Part shown: positions 19,941-27,636 of the stretch, piece by piece | How positions within the stretch are numbered: the first letter of the stretch is position 1 | Layout: every line of letters starts with the position of its first letter | Assembly (NCBI GenBank): GCA_023266055.1 | Contig: JAHFRW010000001.1 | Location: forward strand, 25,153-89,152 | DNA length: 64,000 bases | DNA from: Gammaproteobacteria bacterium | Lineage (GTDB): Bacteria; Pseudomonadota; Gammaproteobacteria; Ga0077554; Ga007554 | Direction of reading: 5' to 3' | Notes under the pieces: generated by a model | The model's database searches: none | Told to the model about the DNA's origin: nothing | The model's input: the letters and a program-made list of their open reading frames with translations, nothing else | Position numbers and translations under genes: made by a program

Positions 19941-20528
19941 TTACAAATCTTCTGCAGTATTGATGTTTTTAAATGCCTGTGATTGATCCGAGAAATCAGC
20001 CAGGACAAAGCGGTGACTGGTTATCCAGCGTTCCACTTTATTATGCCCGCGCGTCAGGGATTGCAGCATATCTGCGGCAAGTTCTCGCCGCAGCAAAATA
20101 ACAACGGGTTGCATGCGTGTGCCATCGTGCGCAACGGCGATTGCAGCGTGTGCCTGCATGAATGCGGTGGCCAGACGCGTTACCAGATCATGAGGCAAAT
20201 GCGGGGAATCACACGGGACTATCAGGGCATACTCCGTCCTTGTCACGAACAAGGCGCTGGCCATGCCTGATAGCGGTCCTGCCGGATCAGGTGAGGTATC
20301 CTGAACAACCGGATAGCCATAAGCATGGTAGTGATCAAGGTTACGATTAGCATTAATGATCAGGCAGCCGACTTGTGGTTTGATAGTGTCAATAACATGG
20401 GTGATAAGCGGTTTGCCGTGTAATACAAGGAGTCCCTTATCTACACCATTCATCCGGCGAGCCTGGCCACCCGCGAGAATCACACCCGTAATCTGATGTG
20501 CAGGGATGCTCGAATGCTGTGGCTGCAT
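19941..20528 (-). CDS. mobA: Molybdenum cofactor guanylyltransferase
   Basis: ITGVILAGGQARRMNGVDKGLL is the MobA N-terminal signature. Confidence 0.9.
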   Translation of the reverse strand: MQPQHSSIPAHQITGVILAGGQARRMNGVDKGLLVLHGKPLITHVIDTIKPQVGCLIINANRNLDHYHAYGYPVVQDTSPDPAGPLSGMASALFVTRTEYALIVPCDSPHLPHDLVTRLATAFMQAHAAIAVAHDGTRMQPVVILLRRELAADMLQSLTRGHNKVERWITSHRFVLADFSDQSQAFKNINTAEDL

Positions 20529-20539
20529 AAATGTGTTTG

Positions 20540-21817
20540 CTATGAAAGCAACTCTGTAAACGGAATAAAATTAGCCATTTGTCCGCGTTGTACTGTTGTG
20601 CCTTCTGTAATACAGATCAGACCGTGCGCCCAACTGACAGACGTCAGTGCAGCAGAACTCTGGTTGGGGTAAATAATGGCACGGGTAGCGCCATCCGTGC
20701 CAGTGTTTAAGCGTGCCCGTAAATATTCGCGGCGATTACCACTCTGGAGCCAATCAAAATCGGCACACACCGGGACAGGCTGTGGCAACAATGGATGCGT
20801 CATACCTTGACGGCGCAGAATAAATGGACGCACGAAGAGGCAGAAGGTAGCGAATACTGATACCGGGTTACCGGGTAATCCAAAGAAGGGTGTTGGTGTG
20901 TCATGCGCTGGAACATCAATGCTGCCGAAGGCCAGGGGTTTCCCTGGCTTCATGGCAATGCGCCACATATCAAGATGCCCCAATGCCTCAACGGCGGCTT
21001 TAACATGGTCTTCGTCGCCTACCGAGACACCACCGCTGGTGATGATGAGATCACTTTGCCGGGCGGCTGTTGCAAGCACGGTGCGCGTGGCGGCCATATT
21101 ATCAGGTACAATACCAAAATCAATGACCTCGCAGCGTAATGCATGCAGCAGCCCAGTGAGGGTGTAACGGTTGGCGTTATATATTTTCCCCGGTACCAGG
21201 GCGGCACCAGGCATGGTTAATTCATCGCCGGTGCAGAAGATTGCGACACGCAGTGGGCGATATACGGGCAAATGTGCAACACCAATGGACGCGACAAGCC
21301 CCATGTCCTGTGGCCGTAATTTCATGCCGGACTCCAGGATCGTCGTATCTTTTTTAACGTCCTCACCACGCTTGCGGATATTGTTTCCGGGGTGAAAGGG
21401 TGGTGAAATAATGACGCTGCCATCATCCATCATGCGGCAATGTTCCTGCATCACGACGCTATCAGCACCAGACGGGATGGGTGCGCCTGTGAAGATGCGT
21501 GCGGCGGTGCCAGGGACAAGTGGCTGGCTGGTTTGTCCCGCCGCGATTCGTTGTGATACGGGTAGTCGTATATCACCATCATCGCTAATAGGGGTGGCAT
21601 CATGGCTGGCGAACGCAAAGCCATCCATTGCACTGTTGTCGGTAGGCGGAACATCAATGGTGGATATTTGTGATTGTGCCAGCACGCGACCCAGCGTACG
21701 TGAGACCTCCAGATCCTCAATGTCAGCAATGGGCGCAGCCTTGCTTAGGATAAAGGCCATAGCATCATCTACGCTCATGAGCCCGGGTGCTGTGGGGAAG
21801 CATGCATCTGTTGTCAA
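20540..21817 (-). CDS. moeA: Molybdopterin molybdenumtransferase
   Basis: VPPTDNSAMDGFA and SGGVSVGDEDHVK are MoeA motifs. Confidence 0.95.
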   Translation of the reverse strand: MTTDACFPTAPGLMSVDDAMAFILSKAAPIADIEDLEVSRTLGRVLAQSQISTIDVPPTDNSAMDGFAFASHDATPISDDGDIRLPVSQRIAAGQTSQPLVPGTAARIFTGAPIPSGADSVVMQEHCRMMDDGSVIISPPFHPGNNIRKRGEDVKKDTTILESGMKLRPQDMGLVASIGVAHLPVYRPLRVAIFCTGDELTMPGAALVPGKIYNANRYTLTGLLHALRCEVIDFGIVPDNMAATRTVLATAARQSDLIITSGGVSVGDEDHVKAAVEALGHLDMWRIAMKPGKPLAFGSIDVPAHDTPTPFFGLPGNPVSVFATFCLFVRPFILRRQGMTHPLLPQPVPVCADFDWLQSGNRREYLRARLNTGTDGATRAIIYPNQSSAALTSVSWAHGLICITEGTTVQRGQMANFIPFTELLS

Positions 21818-21821
21818 AATA

Positions 21822-22352
21822 TTACCCTTTTTTCAGGCGCGGCATGAGTTCCACAAAATTACAGGGGCCATGGCGACTGTCGAGCTGATACTTCAGAATA
21901 TAATTCCAGGCAGTGTGGCATGCATTGGTAGATCCCGGTATGCAGAATATGAACGTACCATTGGCCATGCCTGCAAAAGCGCGCGACTGCAAGGCCGAGG
22001 TCTGAACCTCCTGATAGGAGAGGCTGCGAAACATTTCGCCAAAACCGGTAATTTCCTTATCGAGCAGCGGTAAAACTGCTTCGGGAGTAACATCGCGCCA
22101 GGTAATGCCGGTGCCGCCAGTCATCAATATGACATCAATCGCAGGTTCTGCTATCCAGCGTGACGCGATTGCGCGAATCTGATAAATATCATCAACACTA
22201 ATCACTTTTTCGACAAGGCAATGTCCCATACCCGTCAAGCATTCCACGAGTGCCTTTCCGGACGTATCTGTTGCCTCGGTGCGTGTGTCAGACACAGTGA
22301 GCACGGCAATATTAACAGGGATGAATGCCTGATTTTTAGGGGGGTGTGGCAT
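21822..22352 (-). CDS. moaB: Molybdenum cofactor biosynthesis protein B (MogA/MoaB family)
   Basis: [21 protein letters not shown]...[16 protein letters not shown] matches the family. Confidence 0.88.
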   Translation of the reverse strand: MPHPPKNQAFIPVNIAVLTVSDTRTEATDTSGKALVECLTGMGHCLVEKVISVDDIYQIRAIASRWIAEPAIDVILMTGGTGITWRDVTPEAVLPLLDKEITGFGEMFRSLSYQEVQTSALQSRAFAGMANGTFIFCIPGSTNACHTAWNYILKYQLDSRHGPCNFVELMPRLKKG

Positions 22353-22474
22353 AAATCAATATTCCTCATGGTAATCGCCTCATTATACGGATTCTGCATT
22401 GGCTGTGGCAAAGTTTGTGGTGCATGTACAGGAGAAATTATACGCACCGTAATGGATCGTCAGAGGGTGAGATA

Positions 22475-22490
22475 TCACCAGAAAGGTGCA
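22475..22490 (+). promoter_or_regulatory. Candidate NtrC-type enhancer site upstream of the nasT sigma-54 promoter
   Basis: TCACC-AGAAA-GGTGCA resembles the NtrC consensus TGCACC-N5-GGTGCA. It lies about 100 nt upstream of the -24/-12 element. Confidence 0.35.
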
Positions 22491-22579
22491 CGATGTTGTG
22501 TGTAACAAAGAAAGCTTTCCGTCATGAAAATAGTTTTAAATGATTGAATAATATTGTTAAATATAACATATTTCGAAGG

Positions 22580-22595
22580 TGGCATATTATTTGCT
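22580..22595 (+). promoter_or_regulatory. Sigma-54 (-24/-12) promoter upstream of nasT
   Basis: TGGCAT-attat-TTGCT matches the consensus TGGCAC-N5-TTGCW. It is intergenic, correctly oriented and 58 nt upstream of ATG 22653. Confidence 0.7.
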
Positions 22596-22652
22596 AAGTT
22601 AGGTCGTGAAGTAGGATTTTATGCGATAAAACAGATTGTTTCGAGGCGACTA

Positions 22653-23231
22653 ATGAAGCTGCGTATTATGTTAGTTGATGCCGACCTGCAACGCATGGAT
22701 TTGCTGATGAACACCTTACAGGACACAGGACATTGGGTGATAGCGTGCAATGATGAGGCTGGAAGCCTTTGTAAACATGTACGCGATATTCAACCTGACG
22801 TCATTATTATCAATACGGACTCGCCTATCCGCGATACTTTGGAACATCTGTGTGTGATTGATCGAGATGAGCCACGTCCGGTAGTGATGTTTACACATGA
22901 TAATGACAAACAAAAAATGCGAGCGGCAATACGGGCCGGTGTCAGCGCCTACGTTGTAGATGGAATGACCGGTTCGCGTGTCCAGTCAATTATTGATATT
23001 GCAATGGCGAGATTCGAAGAACATCGCACTCTTAAAAACGAACTGGAGAAAGCGACAGCCACGCTTGCGGAACGCAAAAAAATAGAGCGTGCCAAAGGAT
23101 TTGTAATGAAGCAGCGTGATTGCAGTGAAGATGAGGCCTATCGTTTAATGCGCAAGATGGCAATGAATGGTAACAAAAAACTGTCTGATATTGCAGACAA
23201 TATAAATATTGCCGCCGATATTTTTGTTTGA
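22653..23231 (+). CDS. nasT: ANTAR-domain response regulator NasT (nitrate-responsive antiterminator)
   Basis: The REC-like N-domain (PDVIIINTDSPIRDTLEHLCVIDRDEPRPVVMFT) is very similar to Azotobacter/Pseudomonas NasT as I recall it. The C-terminal ANTAR domain reads ERKKIERAKGFVMKQRDCSEDEAYRLMRKMAMN. Confidence 0.9.
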   Translation: MKLRIMLVDADLQRMDLLMNTLQDTGHWVIACNDEAGSLCKHVRDIQPDVIIINTDSPIRDTLEHLCVIDRDEPRPVVMFTHDNDKQKMRAAIRAGVSAYVVDGMTGSRVQSIIDIAMARFEEHRTLKNELEKATATLAERKKIERAKGFVMKQRDCSEDEAYRLMRKMAMNGNKKLSDIADNINIAADIFV

Positions 23232-23272
23232 GTTTCTGAATAAATCAAACAAGTGTCAGTGATTTTTAAATT

Positions 23273-23354
23273 AGGTAAGCCAACGGCGGTTTACCTGTGG
23301 ACAAAGGCGTCCATTTGCATGAGATACATTCTCGTTCAAGTGGACGCCTTTTTT
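23273..23354 (+). promoter_or_regulatory. ANTAR-target leader 1: dual hexaloop hairpins overlapping an intrinsic terminator
   Basis: Hairpin 1 is AGGTAAGCC[AACGGC]GGTTTACCT (23273-23296). Hairpin 2 is TGGAC[AAAGGC]GTCCA (23298-23313). Both hexaloops have A1 and G4 as in the ANTAR consensus. The terminator GGCGTCCA (23306-23313) / TGGACGCC (23341-23348) plus T6 shares its 5' arm with hairpin 2. Confidence 0.8.
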
Positions 23355-23365
23355 ATTGAAAAAGG

Positions 23366-24319
23366 ATGCCCATGGGCACAATAAGTTATCTAAGTATTAT
23401 TGAACGCTATCATGAATATCGTGGAGCAATACAGGAATTGCTGGCATCGATGATTATTGGTATTGCCGATGAACGGCTGTTAAATGATGCAGAATCTCAA
23501 GGTAAATCAATCCAGTGTCTGGCACAGTACTATCCTTTTGTTGATCTTTTGTATGTTTTGGACGCCCATGGTATTCAAGGCAGTGACAATATAAATACGC
23601 ATGGAAAAATCATGGCGGCCAGTGAGGGTAGGGGAAGGGATCGTAGTCAGCGACCTTATTATCTTCTGGCGCGTGATAGCGAATCCGTGGTGGTAACAGA
23701 GCCCTATTTGTCCAGTGCGAGCAGAAATTTGTGTATATCCACAGCAATAAAGTTACTGGATGAGAAACAGCAGGTCAAAGGCTATGTGGTGCTTGATATT
23801 GATCTGGGAGAGACTATTGAATTTCTTATGGGCGATATTGGAAGACGTCGTTTTCAGCCGTATTTCAAGATGGTTTATATCCTTATTATGATGGGATTGT
23901 TTTCCGTGGTTGCAGCGTTGCTGCATTCTGCATTTACTGAAGTGGTGTCACTTCTTTATGTGGAGCACAATACACATGAATTGCAATTGAAACCTTTTAG
24001 CGTGATTGTTTTTCTGACATTGGCATTAGCGGTATTTGATCTTGGTAAGACCACGTTGGAAGAAGAAGTATTGATGCACAAGGATATTTTTCGCCACAGT
24101 TCGACACGCCGTACCATCACGAGATTTATGGCGGCAATTCTTATTGCGGTATCAATAGAATCTTTGTTGTTGATGTTTAAATCCGCGCTGGGTGATGGCC
24201 ATGATCTTGTTCAGGTTGTATGGATGATGTTGGCGGCAGTGGGTTTGCTGGTGGGTTTGGGATTGTATGTTTTTCTTGGAGCGAAGGCAGAGGCGGTGTT
24301 GTTGAAATTACGTAAGTGA
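23366..24319 (+). CDS. Orphan membrane protein: N-terminal Cache/PDC-like sensor fold (no preceding TM or signal peptide) plus about 4 C-terminal TM helices and no output domain
   Basis: DRSQRPYYLLARDSESVVVTEPYLSSASRNLCISTAIKLLDEKQQVKGYVVLDIDL fits the Cache/PDC pattern. Hydrophobic segments are FKMVYILIMMGLFSVVAALL, FSVIVFLTLALAVFDLG, FMAAILIAVSIESLLLMF and VVWMMLAAVGLLVGLGLYVFLG. The start may be ATG 23372. Confidence 0.75.
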   Translation: MPMGTISYLSIIERYHEYRGAIQELLASMIIGIADERLLNDAESQGKSIQCLAQYYPFVDLLYVLDAHGIQGSDNINTHGKIMAASEGRGRDRSQRPYYLLARDSESVVVTEPYLSSASRNLCISTAIKLLDEKQQVKGYVVLDIDLGETIEFLMGDIGRRRFQPYFKMVYILIMMGLFSVVAALLHSAFTEVVSLLYVEHNTHELQLKPFSVIVFLTLALAVFDLGKTTLEEEVLMHKDIFRHSSTRRTITRFMAAILIAVSIESLLLMFKSALGDGHDLVQVVWMMLAAVGLLVGLGLYVFLGAKAEAVLLKLRK

Positions 24320-24432
24320 ATATTTTGTCAATGATTAATTTTATTTTTTAGGGTGCGGATTTTTTAAAATATTTTTTGCGCAGTTAATGGAATTATAGAT
24401 ACCTATCATAGGGATTTATTTTAGTTGATCAC

Positions 24433-24514
24433 GTAAACCAACGGCGGTTTATTCCTGGACAAAGGCGTCCATTTGCAAGGGATAGATTCCTGATGCGGAT
24501 GGGCGCTTTTTTTT
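24433..24514 (+). promoter_or_regulatory. ANTAR-target leader 2 (paralogue of leader 1) upstream of nrtA
   Basis: Hairpin 1 is GTAAACC[AACGGC]GGTTTAT and hairpin 2 is TGGAC[AAAGGC]GTCCA. The terminator is GCGTCCAT (24465-24472) / ATGGGCGC (24499-24506) plus T8. The core CCAACGGCGGTTTA..TGGACAAAGGCGTCCATTTGCA is shared with leader 1. Confidence 0.8.
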
Positions 24515-24536
24515 ATAAAAATTAAGCGTGGAGTGA

Positions 24537-25853
24537 ATGATTATGAGTGATGACAAGAAAGAAAAAGAGATTGATGTCAATGTTGTTGTCTCAAAGGTGA
24601 CCAATGATGTTTCCCGCCGTAGTTTTATAAAAACGACCGGGTTGGCGTTAGGCGGGTTGGCAATGATGGGAATGATTCCTCCCGGAATTCGTAGCGCAGC
24701 TTGGGCGGCAGGGTCGGATGCGCCTGAAAAAACATCACTCAAGATTGGATTCATACCGCTTACGGATTGTGCCAGCGTGGTAATGGCGGGTGAATTGGGA
24801 TTGTTCAAGAAATATGGTTTGGATGTGACTGTGACAAAAGAAGCAAGCTGGGCGGGAGTGCGTGACAAGCTGGTTAACGGTGAGCTGGATGCCGCGCATG
24901 TTTTATATGGCTTGATGTATGGCGTGCAAATGGGGATTGGTGGTCCCAAGAAAGACATGGCGGTATTAATGTCCATTAACAATAATGGACAGGGTATTAC
25001 TATATCAAATCAATTAAGATCCAAGGGCGTGGTCGATGGCGCATCATTAAAGAAATTGATTGATAAAATTGATGGTGAAAAACGCGAGTATACGTTTGCT
25101 CAGACATTTCCGACAGGAACACACGCGATGTGGCTTTATTACTGGTTGTCTGCATATGGTATTAATCCGTTTACAGACGTTAAAAACATTACTGTTCCAC
25201 CGCCACAAATGGTTGCAAACATGCGGGTTGGAAATATGGATGGTTATTGCGTGGGAGAACCCTGGAATGCACGTGCTATTTACGACAAAGTAGGTTTTTC
25301 TGCGGCAACGACGCAGGATATATGGAAGGATCATCCTGAAAAAGTATTAGGAACTACACTGGAATTTACGCAAAAATATCCTAATACCACGCGGGCCATG
25401 CTGATGGCTGTTCTGGAGGCGTCTAAATATATTGATACGATTTCAAATCGTCCGGCTGTAGCCAAGGTAATTTCAAGAAAGTCATATGTTAATGCGCCGG
25501 AAGATGTTATCGAGGGACGGTTCCTTGGAGATTATGACAATGGTCTGGGAAGAAAATGGAAAGACCCGGATTACATGAAATTCTACAACGACGGAACGGT
25601 TAACTTTCCATATCTCTCAGACGGAATGTGGTTTTTGACTCAACATAAACGCTGGAAATTATTGAAAGATGATCCTGATTATCTTGCGGTTGCAAAAAAA
25701 GTGAATCAAATAGATATATACAAGGAAGCCGCATCGCAGGTGAAAGTTCCTGTGCCAAAAGATGTAATGCGTTCTAGCAAGCTCATTGACGGTGTTGTTT
25801 GGGATGGATCTGATCCAAAAAAATATGCCAACAGTTTCAAGATAAAAGTGTAG
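24537..25853 (+). CDS. nrtA: Nitrate ABC transporter substrate-binding protein (Tat signal)
   Basis: The twin-arginine signal SRRSFIKTTGLALGGLAMMG is followed by the NrtA/CmpA-like LKIGFIPLTDCASVVMA. Confidence 0.92.
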   Translation: MIMSDDKKEKEIDVNVVVSKVTNDVSRRSFIKTTGLALGGLAMMGMIPPGIRSAAWAAGSDAPEKTSLKIGFIPLTDCASVVMAGELGLFKKYGLDVTVTKEASWAGVRDKLVNGELDAAHVLYGLMYGVQMGIGGPKKDMAVLMSINNNGQGITISNQLRSKGVVDGASLKKLIDKIDGEKREYTFAQTFPTGTHAMWLYYWLSAYGINPFTDVKNITVPPPQMVANMRVGNMDGYCVGEPWNARAIYDKVGFSAATTQDIWKDHPEKVLGTTLEFTQKYPNTTRAMLMAVLEASKYIDTISNRPAVAKVISRKSYVNAPEDVIEGRFLGDYDNGLGRKWKDPDYMKFYNDGTVNFPYLSDGMWFLTQHKRWKLLKDDPDYLAVAKKVNQIDIYKEAASQVKVPVPKDVMRSSKLIDGVVWDGSDPKKYANSFKIKV

Positions 25854-25863
25854 GAGGTGTCGC

Positions 25864-26778
25864 GTGGCTGTTATCAGTATTAATCGAAAAATAAAAGAGG
25901 ATGTTGTTCCATCAATAGCCGGGGTTGAAAAGAGCGTGATAAATATTCCGGTGGGTGATAAGCAACCCGACAAAACGTCTGCAAGGCGTAAAGTGATGTT
26001 CTTTTCAAAATCACTACTAGATACTTTTTTTAAAAAAATATTGCCCCCCTTGTTGGGTCTGACATTATTTGTTGTGGGATGGGCTTTTCTGGCACAAAAG
26101 AGTGAAAATTTACCAGGGCCAGATAAAACATGGTATTCGGCAGTGGAATTATTCAGTGATCCGTTTTATGACAATGGGCCTAATGATAAGGGAGTGGGCT
26201 GGAATATTCTGAATTCACTGGAGCGTGTTGGTATTGGCTTTGGTATGGCGGCACTGATTGGTATTCCTCTGGGATTCATGATTGGGCGATTCGCATTTTT
26301 CAATGGCATGGTATCGCCTGTTATCAGCTTGCTGCGTCCGGTTTCTCCATTGGCGTGGTTGCCTATTGGCTTGCTGGTATTCAAGGAAGCCCAGCCTGCC
26401 GCTATCTGGGTGATTTTTGTATCCAGTATCTGGCCCATGGTTATAAACACTGCCGTAGGGGTTGCCCGGATTCCTCAGGATTACATGAATGTTGCGCGTG
26501 TTTTGAATCTTTCAGAATGGAAAATATTTACAAGGATTTTATTTCCCGCTGTGATGCCATACATGATGACGGGTGTCAGGTTGTCAATCGGTGTCGCCTG
26601 GTTGGTAATTGTTGCTGCGGAAATGCTTACTGGTGGTGTCGGTATAGGATTCTGGGTTTGGGATGAATGGAATAATCTCAATGTGGAGCACATTATTATT
26701 GCCATATTTATTATAGGTATTGTCGGGTTGATTCTTGAGAAATTTCTGATGTTGATTGCGAAACGATTTGAATATTGA
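25864..26778 (+). CDS. nrtB: Nitrate ABC transporter permease
   Basis: GTG start with an AGGAGG Shine-Dalgarno. The protein is a polytopic BPD-type permease (ISLLRPVSPLAWLPIGLLVF). Confidence 0.92.
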   Translation: MAVISINRKIKEDVVPSIAGVEKSVINIPVGDKQPDKTSARRKVMFFSKSLLDTFFKKILPPLLGLTLFVVGWAFLAQKSENLPGPDKTWYSAVELFSDPFYDNGPNDKGVGWNILNSLERVGIGFGMAALIGIPLGFMIGRFAFFNGMVSPVISLLRPVSPLAWLPIGLLVFKEAQPAAIWVIFVSSIWPMVINTAVGVARIPQDYMNVARVLNLSEWKIFTRILFPAVMPYMMTGVRLSIGVAWLVIVAAEMLTGGVGIGFWVWDEWNNLNVEHIIIAIFIIGIVGLILEKFLMLIAKRFEY

Positions 26779-26805
26779 TTGCCTGATTATTGCTGGAGAA
26801 AAATC

Positions 26806-27597
26806 ATGAATAAATATGTACAAGTAGAAGGTGTGAAGGTGGTATTTGAAACAAAGAGTGGGGACTTTGTGGCTATCCAGGATATTGATTTATCCATTCA
26901 ACAAGGCGAATTCGTTTCAATCATCGGGCATTCAGGCTGCGGTAAATCCACCTTGCTTAATCTGGTGGCAGGCTTGATTGAGCCGGCCGAGGGTGCTTTA
27001 TTCTGCGCTGGAAGAGAGGTGAGTGGTCCAGGGCCGGAGCGAGCAGTGGTTTTTCAGAACCATTCCTTGCTGCCGTGGTTGACCTGCTTCAGCAATGTAT
27101 ATTTGGCTGTAGAGCGTGTTTTCAGTAAAAATGAAGATAAGGCCAGTTTAAAAAAACGTACATATGATGCTCTTGATTTGGTCGGTTTAAGTCATGCAGC
27201 GCAAAAGTTTCCTCATGAAATATCGGGTGGAATGAAGCAGCGCGTAGGGATCGCCCGCGCACTGTCAATGCAGCCCAAGGTGTTGTTGCTGGACGAACCC
27301 TTCGGTGCACTGGATGCTCTGACACGGGCCAATTTGCAGGATGAGTTGTTGCGTATTGTCGCGGCTTCCGGCACAACTTCAATTATGGTGACACATGATG
27401 TAGATGAGGCGGTACTGTTGTCGGACCGCATTGTGATGATGACTAATGGGCCTGGGGCAACCATTGGGGAGATTTTGCATGTCAATCTGCCGCGGCCCCG
27501 TAATCGTTTGGCATTGGTGGAAAATTCTGAGTATATGCATTTGCGTGGTGATGTTCTTAAATTCCTTTATGAACGTCATGCTAAAAAAGCGGCATAA
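26806..27597 (+). CDS. nrtD: Nitrate ABC transporter ATP-binding protein
   Basis: Walker A GHSGCGKST, signature ISGGMKQR and Walker B LLLDEPFGALD are present. Confidence 0.92.
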   Translation: MNKYVQVEGVKVVFETKSGDFVAIQDIDLSIQQGEFVSIIGHSGCGKSTLLNLVAGLIEPAEGALFCAGREVSGPGPERAVVFQNHSLLPWLTCFSNVYLAVERVFSKNEDKASLKKRTYDALDLVGLSHAAQKFPHEISGGMKQRVGIARALSMQPKVLLLDEPFGALDALTRANLQDELLRIVAASGTTSIMVTHDVDEAVLLSDRIVMMTNGPGATIGEILHVNLPRPRNRLALVENSEYMHLRGDVLKFLYERHAKKAA

Positions 27598-27636
27598 AGC
27601 CTTATATTAATTAACTGAATATTGATGGGGAATGAA

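Noticed and set aside
21411-22073. 220-aa plus-strand ORF across moeA and moaB
   Set aside because: It is antisense to two clear Moco genes, spans their boundary, and has no motifs.
24449-24982. 177-aa minus-strand ORF opposite nrtA and ANTAR leader 2
   Set aside because: It is antisense to the Tat-signal NrtA gene and runs through the terminator, so it is not credible as coding.
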